From: Octopus vulgaris
Lineage: Eukaryota
Reading direction: 5' to 3'
DNA: 64,000 nucleotides
NCBI GenBank assembly: GCA_951406725.2
Contig: OX597831.1
Span: forward strand, 16,430,001 to 16,494,000
A model generated the notes under the pieces. That model was not told the DNA's origin. It ran no database searches and saw only the letters and a program-made list of their open reading frames with translations. Positions 40,110-54,010 of this stretch are shown here, piece after piece (position 1 is the stretch's first letter; each line of letters starts with the position of its first letter). The position numbers and the translations under genes are program-made.

Positions 40110-42385
40110 GCCAAAAGACACCTCCCGCCAGTGCACCATACCGCACACATGAGCACTGATAACCTTCCAGCACCCACACCATCATCTACACACACCCACA
40201 CATTGCAGATCACTACCATTTACTTCCTTCCCAAAATCCACAAACCCATCAACCTTGGACGCCCCATCGTCTCCGCCTGTAACTGCCCCAAAGAACTGAT
40301 TTCTAAATACCTCGACCGTGTCCTTGCTCTTCGTCTTTGCAACTTCGTCATTCCCTCCTGGCCATTCTTAAACTTCTCTTCACTGTTGTTATCAACAGTC
40401 TATATTGGTGGTCCCACACCACGAAGGACCTCTTGCCCTCAAACATTTCCTAGACCTTCGACCCAATCACAAACCTGACATGTCCACACTTCTTAGTCTT
40501 GCCGAACTTGTTCTCTCCCTCAACTGCTTCTCATTCGCGGGGGAGCGTTACTAGCATGTTCTCGGGATTGACCATCGGAACGAGAATGGGCCCCAACTAT
40601 GCTAAAATGTTCGTTGGCCCATATATTCTCAAGATTCCCTGATCCCACTCCTGAACTGTACGGTCGTTATATTGATGACTATATCGGTGTGACATTGCTC
40701 TCCAGCGAACAACAGGACACCTTCTTCTCTTTTGTCCAATCATTCCATAGTGCCCCCCCACTTCTCTTCACCATTTCCAACACTGCTGCCGCCTTTCTCG
40801 ACTTTTCGGTCCATATACACAACACCAGTTGCACTACCTTCATCCACTACAAACACACCAACTCACACTCATACCTCAAAGTCTCCTCCTCCCACTCTAC
40901 CGACACCAAGCTCTCCATTGTCTACTCCCATTGGTCTGCACAGGTTCTGCGGTGAAAACAATCTCCTTCAGACTGAGTCTCAGCACATGGCGCGCCACTT
41001 CATCCAACTTGGATAACCCCTCACCACTAACCAAACTGCCCTTGTCAGAGCACGTTCGATGGACCGTGTAACTGCTCTCCGCCCCGCCGTCACCGTCTAC
41101 CGTTTCCCCACACCTACCCCCCTCCACTCTGTCCCTCCAATGCACCATTCTCCAAGCCTTCCGTCGACTCCAGTCCGGCCACTCTACATTGCACATCATC
41201 CCCAACCGACTCTTTCTTTCTTTCTTTCTTTCAAACGATCCTACAACCTACGTGACCTCCAGGTCTAAAGCTTCTTCCCTAACCCCACCGGCAAACGTGG
41301 CTCGTACCACTGCTCCCACCCATGCAACCGCACTTTCCCCTTCCGCTCCAACACTACCATCTTCACAGGCATCTTCACTCATATCATTGACTCTTTTACC
41401 TGCACTTCCACCAACAACATTTACTTCACCTTCTGCTCTTTCTGCCCTTCTCTGTACATCACTCAAATGTGACATCACTTGGCTGACTGGTTCGCGGAGT
41501 ACTTCGCAGACATTAGACTCGGCAATGACACTACGGTCACGCGCCATTTCCGTTCTGCCGTTCATTCATTACAACACCTGTCTGTGTTTGGATTGTCTTT
41601 TCAGACACTATCCGGGCCCCTGCCTTCACCGTTAAAAAGGATTAGTCTTCTCTCTTCGCTCCTTTTCGTCACATTGGCTCAACTCCCCTCCCTTCTTTAT
41701 CTAATTCAGTTCCTCTCGTCTCTTCACTCCTAGCTAATTCTCTCTTTACCCGACACCTGTTTCCTTTCTTCACTCCAACCTACCTTCTGCTTTCAGTGAG
41801 ACACCTTCCTCCACACCCCACCCATAATCCGAATTCTACATATCCCATCAAAATTTACACATATATCACCCCTACGCCCACGAACGTTCGCCAAACTCAC
41901 ACTACACCCTCAAATCTCCATACTCCAACACAGACACATCACACCACACACCATGACAACATATCACACTACCCCGCACACATTAGTACTCACCACTTCC
42001 CAACATCCACACTTTTCTGACGCACAAACACACGCATATATCCACACAGCATGACCACCAGCAACTATCCACACAAACACACACACTCTCACATACATAA
42101 ACGCACGCGCACTATCATTTTGGGATTAACAGTAATTCATTATCTCCCCTTCTTCCTCGCCCTCCTGTCTAACCACATTTGTCCAGCCAGTCACGATGAT
42201 TGGCCGCTAACTGCATTTTTAAAATTCTCTCACCGTTTATTTCCTCATGTTCCTTTCCGTGGAAAAGCGTAGGCTCGGAACGTTAAATACTTTTTCAACT
42301 TCACGAGCGTCAAAATAAAACACCTGCTTGTTGTTTATACACCTGTCTTCGTCTTTTCTTTTTCTATAAATTTCAACTATATATA
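40110..42385 (+). mobile_element. Penelope-like retroelement (RT + GIY-YIG), decayed, with 3' pLTR
   Basis: YFLPKIHKP, GRPIVS, GTRMGPNYA, RYIDDY and FLD, then FTCTSTNNIY..C..C..LYI and RHF. pLTR at 42180-42385 has a degenerate hammerhead at about 42253-42288. Confidence 0.9.
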
Positions 42386-42400
42386 TATTTGTATATATAC

Positions 42401-42481
<81 letters not shown>

Positions 42482-42668
42482 GTGTGTGTATATTTGTCAT
42501 GCATGTAAAAGTGTGTGTGGTTAAATAATAAGGATTATTACCAGTGTAATAAAGTTTAATATCGTGTCTAAAAGTTTCTAGTGATTATAAATAACGTCCT
42601 TGATTTTATCTATCTATCTGTCCATCCATCTGTTTATTGATTTGTCTCTTTCTCCGTCTCTCGCTGTA

Positions 42669-42734
<66 letters not shown>

Positions 42735-42824
42735 GAAGAACGGTAGAGAGATAGAGAGACAGAGAGAAAGAGAGGGAGCAATATGATGTAGAGTATCTTT
42801 TTGAATACTTGTATCTCAGGAACA

Positions 42825-43655
42825 AACGTTTTGCACTTTCAGAAATATATGGAGGTCAGTAGATTTGGAGCCTCAACCACCCGACGAAACATGGTCCGTA
42901 ATGCCTTTATGTCTAATTATTTGCTATAACAATACACGCTTATCTACAAAATAGTTAAATTGTTACAGCTGCAATAGAAATAGCATCGCAGTAGAGTACC
43001 ACACCTCTCTTTCACTTGCAGCAATTATTATATTACGCAACTATTATTCTCATAAAAGTAAAACCATTATTTTCTTCAAAAGTAATAGTATATAATACAA
43101 AACATGTGATACTTCCATCATATTTGCCCAGTATTTAATGTAAAGCTAATTACATTGCAATACCACATTTGCATTTATTTTATAAACTACTAGCAGTATC
43201 GCCCGGCGTTGCTCAGGTTTGTAAGGGAAATAACTATAAAGCATGTTTAGAGAGTTATAGCCAAAAGATAGCAAAACAATGGAAAAAAAATTATGGTAAA
43301 TCTTTTTTGAGAGTTAAAAAAGGTCGAGTTGCGTCCCCTAGACAGTCTGTGGTTTGTGTTTCTGATTCTCGACCCCATGTCGAATTTATCGATTTTTTTC
43401 AGAACTGGGGGAACTTTTCAAAATTTTCGCTGCGTTAGTTTAGAATTATGACATTGGGCTATATGTGTGTCAAGTTTCATCAGAATCGGTTGAAAGCCGT
43501 GGTCAGGGTGAGGGTACAACCAAACAGACACACAGAAACACACACAGACAAACTGCCGTTTATATATAGAGAGATGAATAATATATCACTTGCACAATAG
43601 TAATACAGTTCTATTATTATAATAGTAAATAAGACGGTGAGCTGGCAGAATTGTT
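42825..43655 (+). repeat. Segment duplicated at 57911-58355; this copy is interrupted by a Helitron
   Basis: Near-identical colinear sequence on both sides of the insertion. Confidence 0.9.
43190..43574 (-). mobile_element. Non-autonomous Helitron
   Basis: Minus strand A|TCTC...CTAG|T with subterminal hairpin. Absent from the duplicate at 58270. Confidence 0.9.
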
Positions 43656-43704
43656 GGCACGTGAGACGTAGTGCTTAGCTGTATATCATCTGCCGCTACG
43701 TCTT

Positions 43705-43911
43705 GGTAAATGTTGGTGGTGGAAGTGCAGGTAAAGGAGTCAATGATATGAGTGAATATACCTCTGAAGATGGTGGTGTTGGAGCGAAAGGAGAAAGTGC
43801 GGTAGCATGGGTGGGACAGTGGTACGAGCCACGTTTGGCGGTGGGGTTCGGGAAGAAGCTTTAGACCTGGAGGTCACGTAGGTTGTAGGCTCGTTTGAAA
43901 GAAAGAAAGAG
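43705..43911 (-). mobile_element. Penelope fragment, inverted relative to 41215-41420
   Basis: Direct reverse-complement match (gaagaagctttagacctggaggtcacgtaggttgtagg). Confidence 0.85.
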
Positions 43912-44148
43912 TAAAATTGAATATGCTAGAATAGTGTAGTCGCAAATACTTGTAGCAAATATTATATAGAGTCTCATATAAATATAATAAAATGAAAAAT
44001 GTCTAACGAGACATCATTGTTATATACCTGTTGGTATACATTCAACCGTTAATACAGAAACATTTGTTGTAAATAAACAAAGCAGGTTTACCTGAATATC
44101 TGTGAAAAACAGTTGTTTGAATAACACGTGTTCTATTTCTTATTACAG

Positions 44149-44202
44149 GTTAGAATGGATCTACTATTTTCTGCAGTACTCCTTTATAAGTTGATACAAT
44201 AA
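44149..44202 (+). CDS. Terminal exon of paralogue 3: VRMDLLFSAVLLYKLIQ* (GPI-signal-like)
   Basis: ttattacag acceptor, AATAAA overlapping the stop and again at about 44211. Homologous to 27002 and 11371. Confidence 0.65.
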   Translation, partial: VRMDLLFSAVLLYKLIQ

Positions 44203-44732
44203 AATATTTAAATAAACACATATTTAAATAATTCTTCTGCTATACGTCGGTGTGCTATTTATTTTGTTTTTAAAACGAACCATTGTATGTAAGACATATG
44301 TATTTTGTCTGAATATTGGTTGAAACAGAATGGTGTGCTGTATAGTTCTTCATCAATAAAAGTATATTTTATTATTTGACATGAATTGCAGTCGATTTTC
44401 AGTGATCATATTTTCTATTCCGTAAGCATACATGCAAAGCAACAATTTTTTTTTTATACATACATACACATAAACATGCACAGCACGCCCCATATACACA
44501 AATACACATCACGCTCCTATAGACAAACATATACATATATGAATATATGAATTTATGTAAGTACAAATTTATGCATAGTTTACATGTAAACTGTTGTGTC
44601 TGTTCATGTAAATGTGCAAACTTTGTTGCAATACTTTTATCGAAGTTTTGTAAAGAAAATAGATTGTTTGTAGACATGACACTCCACAAACACACACATA
44701 TATGAGGAGAATTCCATCAGTTTTGTGAGAGA

Positions 44733-45144
44733 CTAGCAGTATGACCCCGCGTTGCTGGGTCTAGTGCTAGAGCTTGTTGTTCATTGCCGGGTCGCAGCAA
44801 ATATTTCTCACCAAATCAACTGCTAAGTTTCTCATCACATTTCAGCCTGGGCCAGTGTTGTTGTTTAAGAGCTAGTTGGAGCTTTTTATAAGAGTAATTG
44901 ATATTCTTTGGACTTCGGCAATGCCCATATGCCCATAATTTATGGATATCAGGGGTCGGTTTATCGATTTCTTTAATGGCTTTCTGGGGTGACTGGGGAA
45001 ATTTAAAGATCTTCACGGACACCCTCAGACAATTTTGAAAGTCCATAGAAGACGCGAGCCTTTTACATGAAAAACTGTGGATTTGTATAAAGGACACACT
45101 AACACACAGGTACACAGACATTATGCCGTTTATAGATATAGAGA
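44733..45144 (-). mobile_element. Non-autonomous Helitron, related subfamily
   Basis: Ends ctagcagtat..cccgcgttgctggg and tgccgtttatagatatagaga resemble the 43190 element. Confidence 0.7.
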
Positions 45145-45504
45145 TATTAATTTCAATGCACTTCGTTAATATTTCCACGATAGAAAAATAATGTCCAGAC
45201 TACTCTACCAATGTGTTGTGTATCGTAGAATGGAAAAAATATTCCTCGCCAATCCTGTTCGAAATATTTATATTTGTTTAACGTTTCAATATTTTCTTAA
45301 TTATGCTTGTGTTGCAGTCAATTTAAAGATAATGCACATTATTAGTTTAAATAATTATTAGACAAAGCAATTCCTTTTTCAGTGCAACCTATGTCATTAA
45401 AAGCGGGATCAGCCTAAGTCTATACACGATTTCGCTTTGTTAATTCAGTTCATTTTTCTGATATAAATTATAAAAGGTAATGATTTACGATGACACGATT
45501 ATTG

Positions 45505-45560
45505 AAAAATGCGCGTGGTTTCTGTTCTAACAGAATAATCTGTCTAGTGTATATGAAAAT

Positions 45561-45611
<51 letters not shown>

Positions 45612-45702
45612 CATAAAAAAAATGAAAGGAAGAAGAGGGAGGACGATGAGAAGAAGAAGAAGAAGAAGAGGCAGAAGAAGAAAAAGAAGAATGAAAATAA
45701 TT

Positions 45703-45733
<31 letters not shown>

Positions 45734-45824
45734 GAAGAAGAAGAAAGAAAATAATAAAAATAAAATGAAGAAGAAGAAGAAGAAGGAAAAGAAGAAGAAG
45801 AAAAAGAAGAAGAAGAAGAAGAAG

Positions 45825-45853
<29 letters not shown>
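45505..45853 (+). repeat. LINE-like 3' end followed by (TAA)n and (GAA)n
   Basis: ttctgttctaacaga.taatctgtctagtgtatat is shared with 59857-59890; both precede (TAA)n. Confidence 0.7.
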
Positions 45854-45855
<2 letters not shown>

Positions 45856-46504
45856 GGCAATAGTTTTTCTGAATTAATAAGGAATGTACAGAACTAGTGT
45901 GTCTTCAGTAATATTCGTAAATTTTGGTTTAGTATGAAATGAAAAAAAACGAAATAAAACCTAGATGCTGGTTCGTTGATGTAATCTTTATTTATATATA
46001 TCTCATTAAGCAACTTGTAACTGCAATAGAGAAGAGAAGCTCCATCATATCCTGTAAAGAAAAAATAATTACAGACGTTAATGAAACAAATTCTTCGGTG
46101 GAAGTTTTGCTGAAATTACATTAGATAATTTGAAGAGTATGTGTCAAGATTTACCATTTTGTTACAGTTATAATTGATTGTGCATTACACTAATCTCGTT
46201 AGTTATTTTATAAAGATATTATTGTCGGACTAACATCCTCACTCGGTAAAGGCGGACATATTGCTTTCGGCATTTTGTCTGCAATTACCATTTGAATTCT
46301 AATTCCACAGTGGTCGACTTTGTATTCCATCCCACTGATGTCGATGAAATAAATTCCAATTGAACACTGGGAGTCGAGGTAATCCATATACTTCTCTTGC
46401 GAATTTGCCGTCCGAGTATCAAAATTTGAACTCAATTAATTTAATGAACTTCTGTATTTAAATTCTGTTCCAATTATATAATGATATTTTACTATTACAA
46501 TAAT

Positions 46505-46780
46505 AACTGTACATTATTTACATTATTTATAATTGACGGATATTTGTCTTCATCTTCTCTGTTGTTAACACAACGTTTCGGCTGATGTACACTCCAGCAT
46601 TCTTTAGGTATCTTGGGTAAATTTTAAACCCGGGTTCTCATTCCTAAGGTTTTTTTTTCGATGTTATTATTAACATCTTGTTTGTTAACAACAAAACAAG
46701 ATTACGACGAATATCCGTCGAATTGTAAATAATGTATATACTGTACATAGTTCCTCATCTCTTAAAAATAGAACTGAATT
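46505..46780. repeat. Fold-back pLTR-like repeat with degenerate hammerhead (about 46567-46615, -)
   Basis: gacggatatttgtc / gacgaatatccgtc inverted. Minus strand CTAAAGA..gctg..cagcc GAAA cg TT gtgt. Confidence 0.5.
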
Positions 46781-47261
46781 ATAACTGTGTTGTGTATTAA
46801 TATATTATAACGTAATTCCGGCACTTGTGTGAAATTAAAAATAATCAGTTGGTACATAACATTTAGAAAGTGCTTCATTGTGAATATACAAATAATATTC
46901 CTTCATTCATATTTATTTGTCCCTGAAGATAACTGTAGTATTCATGAAGTGGATATACTCTAAAGGGTAATTCAAGGTATTACAAACGTTTATAATTTCT
47001 CGAATTCTACTTAAGTATATTTTTCTCGAATTCTACATAAAAATCGCAAAACTTGTTAATGTAGTATTTCGTTATTCGTAGTGACGATTATTTCCGGTGT
47101 TATTGGGTCTTTAATTATTTATAATACAATGTTATTAGGAAGATATTATTCAATGTCGGCGATGTAAGATGACATAATGTACAGATTTTACGCACCTTTT
47201 TCTGGACAGTTCCAACACCACTATGCTGAAAGCAAATGTTAAAAGTGTAAATTTATACATA

Positions 47262-47318
<57 letters not shown>

Positions 47319-48873
47319 GTGCACATTAGACATAAAAACATTGCAATCTTTTCTATATCTCTGTAAAAAAATTAAAATATATACTTATTAGGAATGTATA
47401 CATCACTTTTCCAATTCTGGAAGAAAAAGCGACCATGCTTTTCATACATAAGACAAACCCAATAATTTAAGAGAAGTGGAACTCCTTCTTCACAGTTTAT
47501 GTGTATTTTACTATTTGTTTAATATTGTTGATTTTGCTAAGTCTTCAGATAAAATAACAATTTTCATCAAATGTTATTAAATATCCGCACATATATTTCT
47601 ACATAGGATCATCAGTATTAAAAACATCATGTAACATTATAAAAAAACGTCTACTGGTCTTCTGTCCATGAGTTAGACTCAAATCGACCGAAGGCAGGTT
47701 TTCGAAGAACAGTGAAAAATGCAGCTACATTAAAGGCCGTAGTACATATACCTTTCATATATTAAAAGTTTCTTTCCTTAAGGGGGATGCTTTAGAAACA
47801 TAAAATAGAATTTATTAATAATTTCTATGTGTAATTGAAAAATATATATTAAAAATAATACTCAAATTTGGACGCCCTTAAAAAAAGTGCCCGCGTAGAA
47901 TCCAGAAATATGTCGACAGATTGTGTACGTATTTTCGTTTCAACAGCCATCCCAAAAATCAAGTAATACGCTGCCGGTGCATAGATATCTCTTAAGACGC
48001 ATCAATCGCTGGATTGCATCAAGTAATAAGAATCGTATTTCAAGTGACAAGCATTATAAACCAATTCCAAAGTCGACTTGACGATATACGGAATTAAATT
48101 AGGAAATCTCACACGCTCCATAAATTTCTTTCCTTCTGTTGCTCCCTAGGTTTACCATAGAAAGAGTTGGCTTTTACACAATAATTTAGACATAAGTTGT
48201 CTATTACATATCAGGTACAAACAAAACTGTACACGAGTAGCTAACAATAGAATCAGGCATCAAAATGAAATACGGTAAAATACTGACTTACAACTTATTA
48301 CTTTAGACAACAAAATATAAATAATGAATGTATCTTACATGACACGCCTTGTGAATGTAGTTATCATAAAATTTGGCACAATCGTGACTTGTTTGATAAA
48401 AACACTTTGAATCACGCTTAAGTATACTGCAAAATAATCATAAATCAGGAATTATATACAAAATTTAACACTTATTGAGTGCATCATAGACATTTCCAAA
48501 CATTTTTAGAAAAGGCAGTCACAACAAACTTAGAATAATTTAATGTTTTTATATAATCTGTTTCAATATGATAAGCATATCTAACAAAATTTGATATTCC
48601 GTATTGAAGCTGACAGCTGTAATAAGATTTTGAACACATTAGATGAGTGAACACTGCTTACAGAATGCAGTCGGGATCTGGACACACTTTGGAGGGTCCC
48701 TAAAGAAAAGTGCTAGGTTACACTAAGCGAACACGATGCAGAAACATATTAAAAGGAACGCGCACTCAAACACACGTACATAAAACAAGCTGCATTCAGT
48801 TTCCGTCAATCAAATCATACAAATCGTCTATCTGCCCGGACGTTTTATTGCCCTCTATTGCGTTTTTGTTCCA

Positions 48874-48922
<49 letters not shown>

Positions 48923-48927
<5 letters not shown>

Positions 48928-49052
48928 TAATCTGCAGGGAAACAGGCATCCAGCAATAGGACCACCGTAATACCATGATGGAACGTGAAGTCTGGCGTAG
49001 CATGGTAAATTCCATTGTCTCGACCACGGTCGAACGATGATGATGATGATAA
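48923..49052 (+). mobile_element. RTE-like LINE 3' end with (GAT)n tail
   Basis: RNTMMEREVWRSMV followed by gatgatgat. Confidence 0.55.
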
Positions 49053-49549
49053 TGTATATATATAGAGAGAGAGGGAGAGAGAGAGGTGATGAGAGGTAAT
49101 TATATCAATGAGACACAAATATGTTAGGTAATTGTGAGTAAGTGCAATGGATAGACAACTGTTAAGCTCCAGATTCGGTGATTATGGGAATAAGGAGTGC
49201 AACGTAGGTCATATATCAGCATGTGTATATAGAATATGTTTTTTCAGAATGAAATAAAAAACCTAGGCTGTGAATATTTTAGAACCTTTATAAATAGAAA
49301 GTCTTACAGCAGTTTCTCGGTTATTTATTATATCATTTCATTTATAATATCCCTTCATAGGGTGTGAGAAAATGTTTAAGCAATAGATAATTTTTATAAG
49401 ATATGAAATAGAGAGTGAAGTGTAACATTGAAAATAGATGTGAGATATGTAGGGATAATGCTTGCCTAAATAATGTATCTCCAAATACAATATCCTTGCA
49501 TATCTCACATCTACTTTTATTCCACTATTTCACTGGAAAGAGATATGTA

Positions 49550-49600
<51 letters not shown>

Positions 49601-50721
49601 TATATATATATCTGTGTGTGTGTATTCTTGTTTGTGTGTGTTTATGTGTGTGCGTGTGTGTGTGTGTGTTTCTTTACACGAACTCACGCAAACGTTGCTA
49701 CGTTGGCGTGTTTCTTCAAATTTCATAACACTTTGCTGAAAAACTTATGTGATGTACGTACTTATTCTAGTTATTATATAATATATACTTAGTTTATTAT
49801 CATTATTCCGTATGTCATAAATGAAACACGATCTTATTATTATTGAATTTCAATGTATTTTTAAAAGTTTCAATGCTATATATGTAAAAAAGACATTTAT
49901 TGTAAAAGATGTTTGGCGAAAATGCTATGGGCTTGTAAAAGTTGAAAGGCAAAATTTGGTAAAAATTAACTTAATGAAATGTGTGTGTGTTTGCATGTGT
50001 GTTTTTGTGTGTGTGTGTCTGTGTATGTGTGTCTCTGTGTGTGTGTAGTTAGTGAGAGTCAGAGACAGAGAAAGTCGGGCAGATTCGAGAGATTTATAAT
50101 GACTGGAGAAAGAGATGGGATTACGTAGCATTAATATATAGTATTATAAATACTTGGCATATTATTAAATGTAGTCGTGCGAATATATCTACCGGCAAAC
50201 AAAACCTTCTTGGGGATACGCTTGGAACATCCATTTGGGATAATTACATGCTTCTTTATACTCATCAAAACAAGAATGTTTCATCTCCACACCTAAGTTA
50301 AAAAACAATAGACAAAATACATAATTGAAGCTTTATTTAAAAATTATGCCAGTAAATATTAGAATACATTCTTAAGTAGAATACTCACCTCATACTCAAT
50401 TAAAATAATTGAAATATCTTTGACCTTTGCCTATACATGTCAATTTTAAATGTGTTTTACTACGACATCTGCAAATGAAGAAACAGTCACTCGCATAATT
50501 TCAATTATAGATTTGCCTACGCCTTTATATTCTAAATAATTTTGCATGAATATTTTGATACCGAATTTTATGTTGCAAATACTTCACGTACTAAAATGGA
50601 AATTATTTTATTATCAAACATTGTTGCACCTCAGTAATTAAAATATATATTATCATAACTTAGAAATTAAAGAGACGTGAAAAAAAAAAAGTTTGTCATT
50701 GGATCACAGTTGATGAATTTA

Positions 50722-51146
50722 TACTTTCTACTGCAGGCACAAGGCCTGAAATTTGCCGGGATGGAAATAGTCGATTATACCGAACCCAGTGGCAGAATCG
50801 TTAGCACGACGGACGAAATGCTTAGCAGTATTTCGTTTGCCGCTATGTTCTGAGTGCAAATTCCGCCGAGGTCAACATTGTCTTCATCATTTCGGAGTCG
50901 ATCAAATAAGTACCAGTTACGCAATGGGGTCAATATAAAAGACTTAATCCATTAGTATGTCATGGTTTGTCGTTTCTGTATTTAGCACCATGTGGGTAAT
51001 AAAGAAATAGGTATTTAATTTATCATGCCAAAAGAGTGTAAAGAAAATTCGACCGCGGCAGAATTTGAACTCAGAAAAAGCGACGGGCGAAAAGCAGCTA
51101 CACATTTTGCCCGGCGTGCTTACAATACTGTGAGCACGCCGCCTTC
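50722..51146. mobile_element. SINE (+, 50790-51009) nested in an opposite-strand SINE
   Basis: The outer minus-strand copy is split at aacccagt|...|ggtatttaatttatc. Confidence 0.8.
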
Positions 51147-51599
51147 ATGCAGCTTTAAATAATGGCAAAGGAATAGTTTGGTGGAACTTTCCCATTCGGT
51201 AGACAAGTTTGAAATATTCCCGAGCAGCTTCCTTTTTTTCTTTCTTTCTTTTTCTTTAATGAAAACAAATTTCTTTCTCTTTCATCCAACGTTCACATAC
51301 TTCTATTTCCAGGTCCATTACTTCGAATCCCACTGCTTGAAACATTTTTTCTCATAGTAAAATATTGTGAGGCATGCCCCTAACTCTCACTTATTTCTTT
51401 CTAAATCATGAGGTAAATTGCGTTTTATTTTGTAAGATTATATCTTTTAGAAATCAGAATATATAACTCGGAGTTGTCGGATAGTTGTTGTTATTGCTAA
51501 GCAGAGAGAATACATTTTTTTTAACGCTTTCCCTTCTTTTTCATAATATTTGTGTCGTATTATACAGTATATCTATATCATATAACCACTGATATAAAC

Positions 51600-52250
51600 A
51601 GCAAACGGTAAATTCTGCGTTAAATGTGAGAGGTTTTGTACAGAGAATTTAAACACGGTTTGATAAGCGTGTGGAGACGAGGCAATGGGTCGTATGCAAT
51701 GTTTCGTGTGGCGGGGACGTTCGGAAATGCACAGCAACGCAACAGTGAAATCAAGAGCATGTCCGTCACTTTTTCCCTTTATCTGCTCTATTGTGCACCG
51801 GGACTACGTCCACCAGAACCGAACCATCGATCGAGAGTTCTGCAGCGATATTTTCGAGTGTTTGATGTAGAACATTCGGTGAAAAAGACAGGCTCTGTTG
51901 CGTCCCAATAATTGGAATCCTCACTTTGACAATGCACCCTATAACCGAGCATTCCTTACTAATGCGTTGCCCGCCTATAACAACATGGCATCGTTTCCAC
52001 ACTCCAATTCTTATCAGATTTAACATCTGCGATTTCCATCGCTTCTCAAAGATAAAAAAATGTAGTTCAATAGATGACATATTCAGGCCGTTGTCCAGGA
52101 CGAATCGCATAAGACCGTCGACTAGTTTCCGGATAACGACTTCCAGACATGATTCCAAATGTAGAAGAAACGCTTGGATCAATGTATGATCAAATATATT
52201 AACTTCTATTAAAGATATCTTGTTCAGGAACTGTTTGTGGATTCAGGGAA
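51600..52250 (+). mobile_element. Mariner transposase remnant
   Basis: IVHRDYVHQNRTIDREF, HFDNAP and ICDF motifs, frameshifted. Confidence 0.8.
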
Positions 52251-52789
52251 TTGAATCTCTTTAATATTATTAAAAATCAAGCAGCAGCAGGGAAGTACGT
52301 AATCCTGATAAATAAATAAATTTAATTATATCAAAGTACACAAAACACACACTCTAAAGGGTGTCAATAAGAAACAAACAGGTAGAGATACGAAAAAACA
52401 GAAGTTATAATTTTAAACATCTGTTCTTTCCAAACAGTATTATGAGTGCGAAAACATCTCAAAATACTAGTGAATGTCAGTCGTCAAAAATGTCTACTCA
52501 GGACACTGTCATATCCGTCCTCCATTAGAGTCATAATCAAAGCAGATTGTGCAACCTGATGACGTATCCCTTTGGAGGTTTTCTTCGCCATTTTGAAATA
52601 TCTACTTGAACTGTACACACACACACACACACATATATAATATATAGATATATATATATATAATATATATAAGTAGGTGAATGAATTATCCTAGTATGGA
52701 CAATTCGGTTAACCGATACCCGGGTAACAAATTCACGTCAGAAAACACGGTTGAAGCTACTTTGTGTGTATTTTAACTATAAATAATTG

Positions 52790-53326
52790 AAATGATGGAG
52801 TCGAACGACGATTTTATCAAACTTTCTTTATTATCGACATATGTTTCGAAGACTGCTTATTCTTAATTCCGAAGGAATAAAGGGTGCATTAATCCGCCTT
52901 CTCATCTGGAAAGACGAGGAACCCATGTCAGCATCATGACGGACAATTTTTTTTTTCATTTTTCCCCTTCTCTGTTTATTGCCTTTTATTCCTTTCTGTT
53001 GAAAATCATAGGCTCGAAATGTAAAAGACTTTCTGACTTGTTTTTCGAGAGTCCAGCTAATACTTGCTGTTCACACAACTGACTTCTTCTTCTGTGTTTC
53101 TATATAAATGGAGGCCACATTATCACTGTGGACACCATATGGGAAGTCATCAAAAAGTTTTTGCTCGTCATGCTGCTGACATAGGTTCCTTGTCTTTCCT
53201 GATGAGAAGGCAGCATAATGCACCCTTTATTTTTTCGGAATTAAGAATATGCAGTCTTCGAATCATATGTCGAGTATAAAGAAATTTTGTTAAAATCCTC
53301 GTTCGACTCCATACTTATATTTCATA

Positions 53327-53386
<60 letters not shown>

Positions 53387-54010
53387 GATGGCATACACAT
53401 ACGCTTCATCAAACTAAAAACTACACAGGTGCATACACACAGGGATATTCGGTTATGTCTTCTAATACTCATACAGATCACACGGAAACGAAATATGGAG
53501 AATTAAAAGAAATATATGGATAAAGTACGCACACAGTGATACACATACATTCTAATCTATTCATACATACATACGTATATACACCCCCTACACCCACGTA
53601 CACACATTTGGTTGAAATATATAGAAACACAGAAGACGAAGACAGGTGTGTGAACAGCAAGTATTAGCTAGACTCTCGAAAAAAGGTCAGGAAAGTCTTT
53701 TACATTTCGAACCTACGCTCTTCAACAGAAAGGAATAAAAGGCAATAAACAGAGTAAGGGGAAAAAGGAAAAAAAACAAATCATATAGATTCATCAGTCC
53801 AACTTGGCGAATCATTCGCCATGCCGGACTGATGAACACTACAAGTTTTGTTTCAATTTCTCTCTGATTATTTTCTCATATTCTTTGGTGTTGAAAAGAT
53901 TTATCTCGAAAGGTACAATATTTTTGATTTCTTTCCTCAAACTAATACACTTGCTTGTTGTTCGTACATCTGTCTCTGTATTTCGTCTTTCTATAAATTT
54001 CAACTATATA
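52790..54010. repeat. Cluster of interleaved inverted pLTRs with five hammerhead-like motifs
   Basis: Motifs at 52834-52910(-) and 53197-53273(+) with GAAAcatatgTC; 52992-53027(+) and 53697-53732(-) with CTGTTGA; degenerate copy at 53885-53918. Confidence 0.75.

Noticed and set aside
45468-45860. Poly-I/K/R and poly-L ORFs (also 59847-60126)
   Set aside because: (TAA)n/(GAA)n repeats.
46011-46135. Possible Cys-containing exon of a fourth paralogue
   Set aside because: Needs multiple frameshifts, and no matching partner exons were found downstream.
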